Notes under the pieces: model-generated | What the model was told of the DNA's origin: nothing | What the model saw: only the letters and a program-made list of their open reading frames with translations | The model's database searches: none | Assembly: GCA_013265495.1 (NCBI GenBank) | Contig: MU058213.1 | Coordinates: 5,351,149 to 5,415,148, forward strand | DNA length: 64,000 nt | Origin: Vicugna vicugna | Lineage: Eukaryota | Reading direction: 5' to 3' | Program-made: the position numbers and the translations under genes | Shown: positions 12,944-24,047 of the stretch, one piece after another | Position numbering within the stretch: the first letter of the stretch is position 1 | Layout: the number at the start of each line of letters is the position of its first letter

Positions 12944-13161
12944 GTAGCATCCACCATGTTCCTCATCATTGGTGTCTTTGCCATTTTTGACTCGAGAAAC
13001 TTGGGAGTCCCCAGAGGTCTAGAGCCCATTGCTGTTGGCCTCCTAATTGCTGTCCTTGCTTCCTCTCTGGGGATGAACAGTGGCAACGCCATGAACCCGG
13101 CTCGAGACCTGGGTCCCAGGCTTTTCACTGCTTTGGCAGGATGGGGGTTTGAGGTCTTCAC
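12944..13161 (+). CDS. AQP9: Aquaporin-9 coding exon 5 (218 bp), [10 protein letters not shown]...[30 protein letters not shown](T)
   Basis: ccccag acceptor and gtaagt donor; second NPA followed by RD, the aquaglyceroporin signature. Confidence 0.97.
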
Positions 13162-13317
13162 GTAAGTAACAATGGTCAAGGAGAAAGGAGAACGATTCAT
13201 GCTGTGCCTCACTGGGGGAAGCTGTGCTTCGACCTGGGGGTCCAAGGGAGGACAGATGGGAGGGTGGAGGTTAAATGCATTCTCATCGTAAGTGTGGAGT
13301 ATTTCATTGGTGATACA

Positions 13318-13452
13318 GGGTGTGTGTGTGTGTGGAAGAGAGAGAGAGAAGGGGGAGGGGGACAAAGAGACAGGCACAGAGAGACAGTCAGAGACAGAGA
13401 CAGAGGCAAAGAGAGACAGAGAGAGACAAAGAGACAGAGAAAGACAGAGAGT
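13318..13452. repeat. (TG)n followed by (GA/GACAGA)n simple repeat
   Basis: Direct reading. Confidence 0.9.
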
Positions 13453-14555
13453 CTCTCAAAAAATTCAAAAGACACAGATTTGTCCTATGTAATAATAAAT
13501 TCTCCATTGGTACATGGGTTTATGTGAGTATTTTAGTTGTATGGCATGTCTGATATTCACTTTGTGACAAAGTTAGGGGCAGAACTGACATCCTCTGGTA
13601 CCACTCCAGGGCCCTTCCTAATGAACCATGCTAGCTTTGCTTCATTCATCCCCTCAGCAGGTCCTCCTTGAGTGCTATCTATGCTGTGGCCACTGTGCTA
13701 GGCAAGGAAATTTCAAATTCAGCTAAGATGCTGGCCCTGAACAAGGTAACAAGTGTTTCAGCAACCCCTGAAACACAGTGCTGAGGGAACACAGACGAGG
13801 GAGTGACCAGCTTTGCCTGCATCAGTTAAGGAAGGCACCACTGAAGAACTGAGTGCCGAGCTGGTTCTTGAAGTTTAAAAAGTCCTGGCAGAAAGACATA
13901 AAAGAGAGCCTGCCTGTGCACAGGAAATGGCAAGACTGTGGGCTTGCTACCTCAGAATGTGCTGAGGAAATAGGCCAACTGCTGGTACCAAGCTCCCAGG
14001 ACAAACTTTCCCCAGCAATTCCTTCCCACTTTCTCCCCATAAAGTCATGCTGGCCGGTCCCCATCCACTAATCACATCTCTCTGTGGGAAAGGGACTCCT
14101 CGTGGTTCCCCAGGAAACAGGGCTCTAACATGGAGAAAGAGAAGTAGTGAATATACATGTGAGCTAATTTTAGTTTAATGTTTGCTGTGAGAACAAAACG
14201 CTGGAGCATCCCTAATGCTGACCTGCATATATAGTCGCACTCACGGGATGAGTTTATTTAAGTGAGAGCTTGGGTTGCCTTCACCAGCACGAAACACGAG
14301 TTACTGAAATCACTGACACCATTCTGATCACCAGCACAGATGGCGCTACAGCTGCTGGAACATGAGCGTCGCGAACACAGGGGCCTGGACGGTGCTTCAC
14401 TGCTGTGTCCGCAGTGGCTAGGACAGGGCTTGGCACACAGAAAGCTCTCAATGAAAGCTATTGAACAAAAGAATGGGTAAATGCTACGTGCCACACATGT
14501 CCTAGGAGATCATGGATACAAAGAGAATCAAGCAAAATACAATGAATTTTCTATA

Positions 14556-14787
14556 GCAGTGGTTCTTAGCCAGAGGTGATTTTGCCCACAGGTGCATTCG
14601 GCAATGCCTGGTTACACTTTGGGTTGTCACCCTGGGGAGGGTGGGGGCAGAAGTTGTCGCCAGCATCTTGTGGGGAGAGGCCAGTACAGGGATACTGCTA
14701 AGCATCTTACAGAACCCAGGACAGATTCCCCAAGCAGAGAATTATTCAGGCCAAAACGTTAAGAGTGCCACAGCTCAGAAGCTCTGC
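14556..14787 (+). mobile_element. MER20-like hAT DNA transposon relic
   Basis: cagtggttctt...ggtgattttgccc...ggttgtcac...tgctaagcatcttaca...aggacag, the MER20 pattern. Confidence 0.75.
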
Positions 14788-17700
14788 TCCAGAATGATCA
14801 CTACTGGAACATGAAAAGGTTGAACAGAATGTCCCCAAAAGGAAGGATCCTTTGTGTTCTTCCAGAAAGCATCAAAAACATATGTTAAAGACCTCCTTAT
14901 TTCTAAAGCTCAGACTTAGCCCATGAATCTCCTTTAATCCCAACTTCCTGAGGTTCACTCCAGGAGACCACTGCCCCAGCCACCAAGTCACCTCTGTGGG
15001 CTTCACACAGACCCCTAGAACAAAGCTGCCCCACAGTGACCTGCCCTCGCTTTGAGCCCTGCTTGGTGATTCACCCAAAGCTTTAGGAGTGATGGTGGTT
15101 CTGAAACAGGTAGAGATCTTGCCTATTCTCTTTTTGTTTTGCTGAGTTTACGGTAGGAGACCAGGTCTGTGGGAGAATGATGACATCATGTAATGCCAGA
15201 CTCAGCATCACGTCCCTTGTTAGCATCTTCATTCATCCATGCAGCTACCTGATCTCTGGTCCAAGGCCCTGTGCTAAAGAGGCCCTCACTGTCGCTGCCC
15301 ATCATGCTTTATTTAATGTTCTGTTTCTGAGGAGTGAGCTCAGGCTCTGACACAAGTAGAAGCTGTCATGTGCCATTAAAGAGACATGACTAATGAACTC
15401 CAGGATTTGAGAGAAGGTTTGCAGCTCCAAATTTAGGAATAAGGGGGTGAAAGCGGAGGCATTTTGTAGTATTTGGATGTGCTTAAATGGGGGCAGAGAG
15501 GATATTTCAGGCAGAGAGGACTTTATATCCAAAGACAAAATGTTAAAGTAACACACGAACTGGCTGGAAGGGTGCATGAAGAAGGTTGGAAGGGCAATTG
15601 TTTCAGATCACAGAGCACCTAGACTCCTAAAAGGAGAATTTTGGGGTTTTCCTACTGCCTTTTCTTAGTTTATGGGGAGCAGCAAAGGATTTAGGCCAGA
15701 AGACTGACATGTTTAGAACTTTGATTTAGGAAAATTAATTTGACGTCATTATATAAAATGGATTAAAAGAAGCAGAGTGGGTAGAAATCAGTTAGGAAAG
15801 AACTAGGCTGGCTGACAGTCCTCAACCAGAAAGTTCCTATAAAAACTTTTGAGGGATAATAGGACTCCAGAGTGTCCCTAGAGTGTCACGTCCTTTCAGG
15901 GTCCTACATCCGAGGTAAGCATCCCAGGAGATATCTTGGTTTGGATCCACACCTGAGGTCTCAGATAAAATCCAGACTGCCTTGTTCTTGGACCCTCACT
16001 TGTCCCTGTTTGGCATGCAGTGAGGATGACATGGGAAGCTGGGCCCCAGAGGGCCTGACAAGGGCCAGACAGACCCTGGCTGACTCTTGCTTTTCTCTTA
16101 AGTATTAGGATGTTTCCTAAGCAAGTTGTCTTCACTAATTTACATTGAAGTGTTAATAACTTAATGGATGAAGCATCTCAGGGGTACTGTTGATTTTTTA
16201 AATAGTTTAACCAAAAGAATTAATCCCTGGTGATGGTACCTTAAGCAATTAACACAGACATTTTCCTGGCACCCCTCCTCCCCAAATCATAGCATGCAAA
16301 TGACCTCGTTTACCTTTGAGACTGGGACAGGCAGGGAACCACATCTGAGCTCCTCCACTTAAGACTTATGACCCTGGCACAGTATATTCAACTCTGTTGG
16401 AAGGTAGAGGGTCCAGCCAGTGAAAGGACATGTGTGCTGGCAGGCATCTTGAACCCTAATCTGTTAAAGGACAGTGAGAGATTTGTTTCAACTAGTGATG
16501 GAAGAAAGGAAGGACCACGTAAGTTGGCTTACACTTGCTTCATGTGCTTACTTGAAGAGTAGGCACCTAGTTCTTTAAAGCCCAGGTGCCTCTCAGAAAA
16601 TTCCACCTGGATTTGGAGGCGTGGGAAAGGGCGCTGTGAGAACCGCTGAGCGCAGCGTTCTCTCCCATGCAGTAAGAGTGACATCTGGTGGCCGCTGTGC
16701 TCAATCTCAGTGCTCTCCCCTGGAGCCTGCATTTATGGTCTAAGATTTATAACCTTATTGTGAGTCCGCATTGATGATCCAAGATTTATGATCTAAGAGA
16801 GTACTCGGATGATCCGAGTGGAAGGGACCACCTTTTAGTGGAAGAATGAAGCTCAGAGGTGGGGAGACTTGCCCAAAGACCTTCTGGACCGTCCTGAAAT
16901 TAAAACTAGGTCTCATGAATTCTAGGACAGCCCCTTGTTTTGTGCTTATTTCCTTTATTATACGCTCTAATCAAAATTGTATGTAAACAAAAGGTCCATG
17001 GAACATGTGTATAGTTAGCAAGCGTAACAAGAAAATAAGTAGCACAGATCCTTCCCCCAACAGAGCACCGTAGCTGGGGAGCCATGTGCTCCTCTTTCCT
17101 GTCTCCTCCGCATTATCCTGAATTTTTTTGTTCATTGTTCCCCCACTTTTGAAAAGTTTGTATCTCAAATGTACATACCCTTAAATAATACATTATATAG
17201 TTTAACTTGCTTCTGAGCACTCATGGTCCTTCCTACGGAGTTACTTCAATGGATTTTCTGTCTCCAAAAAAGATGGTGACAATTCACAGGGGCACCTGCT
17301 TCCGCCCAGAACTGTACCTCCAATACAGTGTACTGACACTGAGGATTTCTGGAGGGGAGAGGGAATCACTGAATGAAAGTCCTTATCAGAGAGTAAGTTT
17401 AAGTAAGCTGTGACCTCAAAGTATAAGTAGTGAATTAAATTATGTTTAGTAGGTAATTCAGATAGCCACTTTTGATTTAAGTTCATTCACTCATTGGCAA
17501 ATGTTTTCTGATTAATTTGTAATTGCCCCCATATACCACTGATGTCCAGGAATCTCTCCACATCTCCCTTTAATCCATAATCCCCAGGACTCATTATTTC
17601 AGGGTGAGGGAAAGCCCATTCCTGAATAATCAACCTGAATCTTCTCTGGGTGCCCTCAGTTTTGACCATAGGTCCAGGGACTATGTTTTCTTAAAGGGAA

Positions 17701-17826
17701 ATAAGTGGTACATTTCTCTCACAGGTACTAATAGGCAATGGAACAGATCATCTGAAATCAGGTATAATGGAAAATCTAGGATGATGGTTGCCAAGCTACA
17801 GTGAGAGCCCTTATACTATTACTGAC

Positions 17827-17995
17827 TTTTTAAAATTGAAGTATAGTTAACTTACAATGTTGTATTAGTTTCAGGTGTATAGCAAAGTGATTCAATTATA
17901 CATTTACATATATTCTTTTTCAGATTCTTTTCCATTGTAAGCGACTACAAGATACTGAATATAGTTCCATGTGCTGTACAGGTCCTAGCTCTTGC
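17827..17995 (-). mobile_element. Short L1 3' end fragment just upstream of exon 6
   Basis: Reverse complement matches the old L1 3' UTR at about 46170-46320 in this window. Confidence 0.8.
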
Positions 17996-18084
17996 TGATA
18001 GACTAGCTGGTTAGTTGAATAACTAGCATTAATATCAAGAGGAAGGCCAAGTGGTGTATCACTAATTTCTTTGTTTGCTTTCAG

Positions 18085-18256
18085 AGCTGGGAACAACTTC
18101 TGGTGGATTCCCGTGGTGGGCCCTTTTGTTGGAGCTGCCATTGGAGGCCTCATCTACGTTGTTTTCATTGAAATCCACCAGCCAGACCCTAACACAGACT
18201 TGGAGGCAGAACCAGAGGACAAACCAGAGAAACACGAACTTAACGAGGTCATGTAA
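18085..18256 (+). CDS. AQP9: Aquaporin-9 last coding exon 6, AGNNFWWIPVVGPFVGAAIGGLIYVVFIEIHQPDPNTDLEAEPEDKPEKHELNEVM*
   Basis: tttcag acceptor; WWIPVVGP TM6 motif; TAA at 18254-18256. Exons 2-6 splice in frame and give 294 aa if exon 1 contributes 37 codons as in human. Confidence 0.97.
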
Positions 18257-19037
18257 TAGCGTGCTTGGTTCTGGGTTTACAGCTGGCTACCTGTAGAGCT
18301 TTACATTTCACACAGCACATTATCTAATTTAATTGTCATAGTGATTGTCTAGGGTAAATACATCTTTCAGATAAGGAAACAAAATCCCAGGGAAGTTAAC
18401 TGAGTTGCCTAATATCACATGGAAAATTGAACATCATCCAATGCATCCTGTACCTTTTGGAAGATCAGTAGCTGGATGAGAACCTTGGCCAGCCCCTCCT
18501 GGCTGGCCAGAAGTGGGACTGGCAGCTGCCAGAACATGTACGCCTTCTGGGCATCATCCATCCGGATCCTAAATTATCAAGAACTTCCTTATTTTACCAC
18601 TGTTGCTGAAACACTAACAAAGGAAAGAGGAAGCCACTGGGTCATATTTTTTATCTGCTGAAGAACATTATCAGAAGGCTTCCCTTCCTAGCCCACCCTT
18701 AGCCTTGCTAAGTCTTGATCTTCCTTCCCTATCAATCCCAAACATTTCACATTCCAGGAATTTCCTCTTGGTCAGGCTCCTCCCTGCCACTTTAGTCAAA
18801 AGAGTCTGTGATTTACAAGCACCAGAGAAATTGCTCTACACCAAGTAGAGGCGCCTTCAGTCAAACTGCTACAAAGCTCACAATGCCCAGAGGTATCCAG
18901 TTTCTCAACTACTTTGTGATGATAACAGAACAACAAAAAGCAAATGTGACATGTCCCCTGGGGCCTGTGTTCTCTAATCTACTGACAAATGGAATTATTT
19001 TTTCTTGCTCTGAAACTACTTAGTATTTCCTATTTGA

Positions 19038-19043
19038 AATAAA
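19038..19043 (+). terminator. AQP9: Probable AQP9 polyadenylation signal AATAAA
   Basis: First AATAAA I find after the stop, followed by a GU/U-rich tract (19044-19075); context 'tatttcctatttgaaataaa' resembles the recalled end of human AQP9 mRNA. Confidence 0.7.
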
Positions 19044-19342
19044 TTTGGGGTGGATTTATTTTTTTGGTGTTTTTATAAATATCAAGACTGCTAAGTACAC
19101 TTGATTCAGAGGTCGTTTGTCCTATCTACAATTTAACAGGCCCTGGGAAGCATTTTTTAAAAAAATACTATGCTCAGTTGGGCATTGGTAAATGTCTCAG
19201 GTGATTCTAATAGTCAACCAGCATTGAGAACACTGCCTTGTTAAAACTACATGGGTCTAAGGTCTCCTTGAGAACCATGGCAAGTGGTGGCCAGGTAATT
19301 CCTGGTAGGATTCTCGGTCTTGGGGTCCTCAGGGATTAGACA

Positions 19343-19592
19343 GCAGTGGCTCTCAGTAGGGGACTGCTTGCTCCTTCCCACTCCCACCCACGATCCCTGC
19401 AAGGGGATGTCTGGCAGTATCTGGGGACACGTTTGGTTGTCACAGCTGGGGTGGGAATGTCACTGGCATCAAGTGGGCAGGAGCCAGAGGCGCTGCTAAA
19501 CATCCTGCCACGCACAGGACAGCCAGCCCTCCCCTGCGATAAAAGAAATATTCATCCCCAAATGTCTAGATTGCAGAGGTGAAGAGAGCCTA
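19343..19592 (+). mobile_element. MER20-like hAT DNA transposon relic
   Basis: cagtggctctca...ggttgtcacagctgggg...ctggcatc...gctgctaaacatcct...gcacaggacagcc. Confidence 0.75.
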
Positions 19593-21400
19593 GATTCGAG
19601 AAAAGGCAAAGAGGAGTTAGAGAAATCCTTTGCAACAATGTGAAATCCTGCGCCCTGATCCAAATTCTGCCAAAAACAGAGACGCCAGATGAGTCAGGAC
19701 CAGACCCTCCTACTTATCAAAGGAAGAGGCAACCCAAAATTAGAGTTCTCAGGTTGAATTGTAGAATCTATGATCCATGCAGGTGCTCCTTAAACACCAC
19801 TTGGTGGCTGATGACTAGGATTACGAACAGGAAATGTACTTACGGAAATCAACCCCAGGAAGGTTTTTTTTAAGCGGAAAAAATAAAAGGAGTCCTTTTG
19901 TTCCAAATACTTACACTCAACTCCTCCCACAGTTTACAAGTGGGTTTGCCTAGGCCAGGCTCTTACCCAAGAGAACGTCTATGAGGTTGAATGATCTGTG
20001 TCAGAAGTCAGTTCGAGTCAAATACCTATTTTTAAAAATAGATTCTTTAGGAGCTAGAATTGAAACATCTCACCTCCTCTCCTCCTTGTCAACCACAAAA
20101 CTTCAACTAAGCATTTATTTTAATGTCAAAGATAGAATTTCTCTGATTTCCCAGTTGAGATCTCAGAGCATGTCAAAGGTTGTAGGATCTTTCTAACCAT
20201 TGAAAGCCAGAGTTGATACTCAGCTGTTGAACAGAATAAGTGGAGTAAAAATGTCACATTTAAAAGTCCAATCCTTAAGATGTAAGATATTATTTCTTTT
20301 AAATTGCTTACACATACACACAGGCACACACTTGCCTTACTTAAAGGTATGTCAGTGCTCAAATATATCACACATAAAAATAATTATCAATAATTTCTTA
20401 ATATCATCAAATACATGGTTATAGTTAACATTTCCACTGAGACTGTCCTTCAACTCTGGTGAATAACAACATGGAATCTGTAAAGACTGAAGACAGGTGA
20501 TTTACTCTGATGTCTAACTACTTAGGAGAACACTGGGGTTTTGTAGCACAAGCTTACCTCAGCTCTGTATCCTCGTATCAGAGTCTTCTGTAAGATTTTC
20601 ACAAAATATTTTTATTTTTATACCAAGAGGAAAATGCATTTGCCTACTATTACTAAAAGCAGCTATCTGCCAGGAGTGAAATTATTTTTAGGCAGGGAGG
20701 AAGTCTTGAATTTACATGAATTGTGGAAAAAATCTTTAGTATCTACTATTACATCAAAAAATGCACACTCTGTAAAATGCTTACAAAACTAAAACACACC
20801 ATAAAAAGAAATCCAAATATTTAACATCCTTGCAGCCCTCTGTGAGCCACCGTGGCTGATTAGGTACAAAACTAAAAATTCCTAAGCTGCTCTAACCTCT
20901 AGAAGCAGTGGTTGTTTCAGACTTCCTATTTATTGCTTGTTTGTCTATATATTTTGCCCAAAGACTTCAGGTTTTGGAAAGAAACGCTGAGAAAAAGTGG
21001 CACAGTACTTCCCAACTTTTGCATACAGGAAATCACCTCTACTAAAGGAAGTTTTGATGGCCGATATCACCTGGTGATATTCTGAGAATTAGATTGTAAT
21101 TTAATAGATAATACACTGATAGCCAAAAAGACCTCTGTGGATAGAGGAGGAAAGAGGACCACGCACTGCCCATCCAGGAGCCTGTTCTCAGCCTGGGACC
21201 AAGGGCAGGAATAGCTGTTCTGGTGCTGAACCATTTACCTTTGGAACAAGGCCTTGAAAGGAATCCGTGCAATCACAGGTTGGAGGCTGTATGGCCAGCG
21301 CTTGAGAGGTCAGGCTCTAGATTAAAATTCTGACCCACCGCTGAATAGCTGTGTGGCCCTCTAAACCTTGGCATCTTTATCCATAAAGTGGGAATAATAC

Positions 21401-21885
21401 TGAGGTGGGAAGCCCCATAAAAAGACCGGCAGGACCCCCGCAGGGCCACTACTCTCCTGCCGGCACCATCCGGTTTCCTGGCCCAGAGGCTCTATCTCAC
21501 TTTTTGCCTCTGAAACGGCTTACTTACCCCTAAAATTCTATTGGTTCCCTGAGCTCACTCCTGATTGGTCCATTTCCCTCACTCCTGATTGGTTATTTCT
21601 TTCCCTCCTGATTGGTCCATTTCTACAAAGCTTATTTCTAATTAGCCAACTTTTGTTATACCTTATTTGCATATGATGTTGCAAAGTGTAAACTGGCAGC
21701 CTATAAAAGCCTGTGTAAACCTACAGACAGGGTCCAGAGCTTGGGCTGTTAACTCCTCTAGGCCCACTGGCGTAATAAACCTGAGTTCTCCAACTCTCCA
21801 AGTGCTGCTTGGTCTCTCTCCTGGATCCAGATTGCTGTCACAACTGAGCTGTAACACCAAGCTGTAACACATTTTTTCTGCAACA
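21401..21885 (+). mobile_element. Solo ERV LTR (ERV1-type), 485 bp, inserted into a MIR
   Basis: TG...CA termini; 4-bp TSD ATAC (21397-21400 and 21886-21889); inverted CCAAT boxes, TATAAAA at 21702, AATAAA at 21774; MIR sequence resumes on both sides. Confidence 0.85.
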
Positions 21886-23359
21886 ATACTACCACTTGCT
21901 TTCTCTGTGTTGTTGAAAATATAAAGAAAATGCCTGTGACCAATTCAACACAGAGTCCGGAATTTACTTTCCTCTTCATAAGTGTCAGCTAATTCTATTA
22001 TGATTTCGCATTTACAAATTCAGCTGTATATCTGCTTTGCTAACATTAAAAAAAAAATTGATGAGGAAAAATCTCCAGGTGTGTAAATTTGCTGACACTT
22101 AAACAATCCAAGTCACATGACTGACTTAGCCTTGACAGTTCTCATCATATACTGAGGTGGAAAGAATCTGCACAGGGCCATGCTTAGTTCATGAATTACA
22201 GCCTAACTTCAATAAAGAAACTAACCAAATTACTTAGTTGCTAATGGAGCTACCAAACTAATCTAAAAATCTATCAAGCAATAAAAATGACTTACAGATT
22301 TAATACAATTCCAATCAAAATTTTTCAGCATGTATTTTTTGTAGAAATTGACAAGCTGATTTTTTTTTTTTTGACAAGCTGGTTCTAAAATGTATATATG
22401 CAAGTGCAAAGGAACTAGAAGAGTCAAACAAACTGATAGGAAAGAGGAATACAGTTGGAGGATTTAAGTATCTAATTTTAAGACTTCCTATAAAGCCATG
22501 GTAGTCACGACAGTATTTCTATTGGAGGGACAAACAGATTAATGGAGCAGAATAGAGAATTCAGACTTTGACCCACACTCATGGGGTAAACTGATTTTCA
22601 ATAAAGGAGCCCATGCAGTCCTATAGAGAAAGAAAACTGGTACTTAACAGCTGGAAAAAAAAGGAAACCTTGACTCCTACTTCAGGGTAACTCAATATAC
22701 AAAAAAATAGTTCAAGATGTTTCATAGGCTTCAGCATGAAAGCTAAATCTATAAAGCGTCTGGAGAAAAACATGGAGGATATATTGCCATCTTAATAGAA
22801 GTAGAAAAATCATGTGACAAAAATGCAAAACACTTTTATTATAAAAAACATTCAACAAATTAGTAATAAAGGAACTTCTTTAACCAGATAAAAGGCATCT
22901 ACAGAAAACACACCGCAACATTACGCATAACAGTGAAAGACTGAGATCTTCCCCCCCAGATCAGGAACAAGACAAGGAGGTCGACTCTGGTCCTTTTATT
23001 CAACATTCTACTGGAGGTCGTAGCCAGGGGAATTAGGCAAAAAAAAAGAGTAAAAGACATGTAGATTGGAAAACAGGAAGTAAAACTTAAAACTACCTCT
23101 ACTTTGAGATGACAGGATCTTTCATGTAGGAAATCCTAAGGATTTCACAAGATATACTACCAGATATAATAAATGAGTTCAGCAAGTTTGCAGGATAGAT
23201 TAAAAAAATCAGTTTTATATCTGTACAGTAGCAATAAACCACCCGAGAATGAAATTACAAAAACAATTCCGTTTACAACAGTATCAAAAAGAATAACATT
23301 TACAAAGACATTTAACAAAAGAAGGGCAAGCCTTGCATGCTGAGAACTACACAACATGG

Positions 23360-23697
23360 CTGTGGGAGGGGAGTGTGACTACAGGAGAGAGGATGTGTTG
23401 GGGAGCAGTGTCACAGCATCAGAAGGACGGGGTCCCCCACCCCACCCCGTTAGCTGCAAAAGTGGAGAAGCAGCTCGGGAGCCAAGGAGCGAGGTGGGTT
23501 CTAGAAGCTAGGAAAGTCAAGAACATGGATTCTCCCCTGGAGCACCCAGGGAGGAACACAAACCCGACAACACCTCGATTTCGGTGAATCAGTATGGGAT
23601 TCATGAGCTACAGAACTGTAAAGTAACAAAATTCTGTTGTTTTAAGCCACTAGTTTGGTGCTAATTTATAACAGAAGCTGAAGAATACGAATGCAGA
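23360..23697 (+). mobile_element. MaLR LTR 3' portion (MLT1C/D-like) within the old L1
   Basis: 'ctagaagctaggaaag...ggattctcccctggagc...cagaactgtaa...tgttgttttaagccactagtttgg'. Confidence 0.7.
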
Positions 23698-23890
23698 TGG
23701 TTAACACTCCCAAACCCTCCCAAAACAATCTTGAAAAAGAACAAAGTTGGAGGACTCACAATTCACAATTTTACAACTTAGTACAAAGTGGCAGTCATCA
23801 AGACAGTGCAGATAAGGATAGACATTTAACAGTGAAGTAGAATTGAGAGTCCAGAAATAAGTCTTCACGTTCAGAATCAAATGATTTTCA

Positions 23891-24047
23891 GGGTGGGCAG
23901 GGTATAGCTCAAGTGGTAGAGGTCCTGGGTTCAATCCCCAGTATCTCCATTAAATAAACAATTAAATAGACTTAATTACCACCACCGCCCCCAGATTTAA
24001 AAAAAGAAAAAGCATGGCTGTGTCCCAATGAAACTTAAAAAAAAAAA
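23891..24047 (+). mobile_element. tRNA-derived SINE, camelid Vic-1-like, with internal deletion and extra 3' segment
   Basis: A box tagctcaagtgg (23905-23916), B box ggttcaatccc (23928-23938), Vic-1-like tail 'taattacc'; perfect 18-bp TSD agaatcaaatgattttca (23873-23890 and 24048-24065). Confidence 0.88.

Noticed and set aside
13204..13553. ORFs rich in R/E/T/D
   Set aside because: Translations of TG/GA microsatellites
23891..23945. tRNA gene
   Set aside because: Has A/B boxes but no anticodon arm, and carries an A-tail and TSD, so it is a SINE
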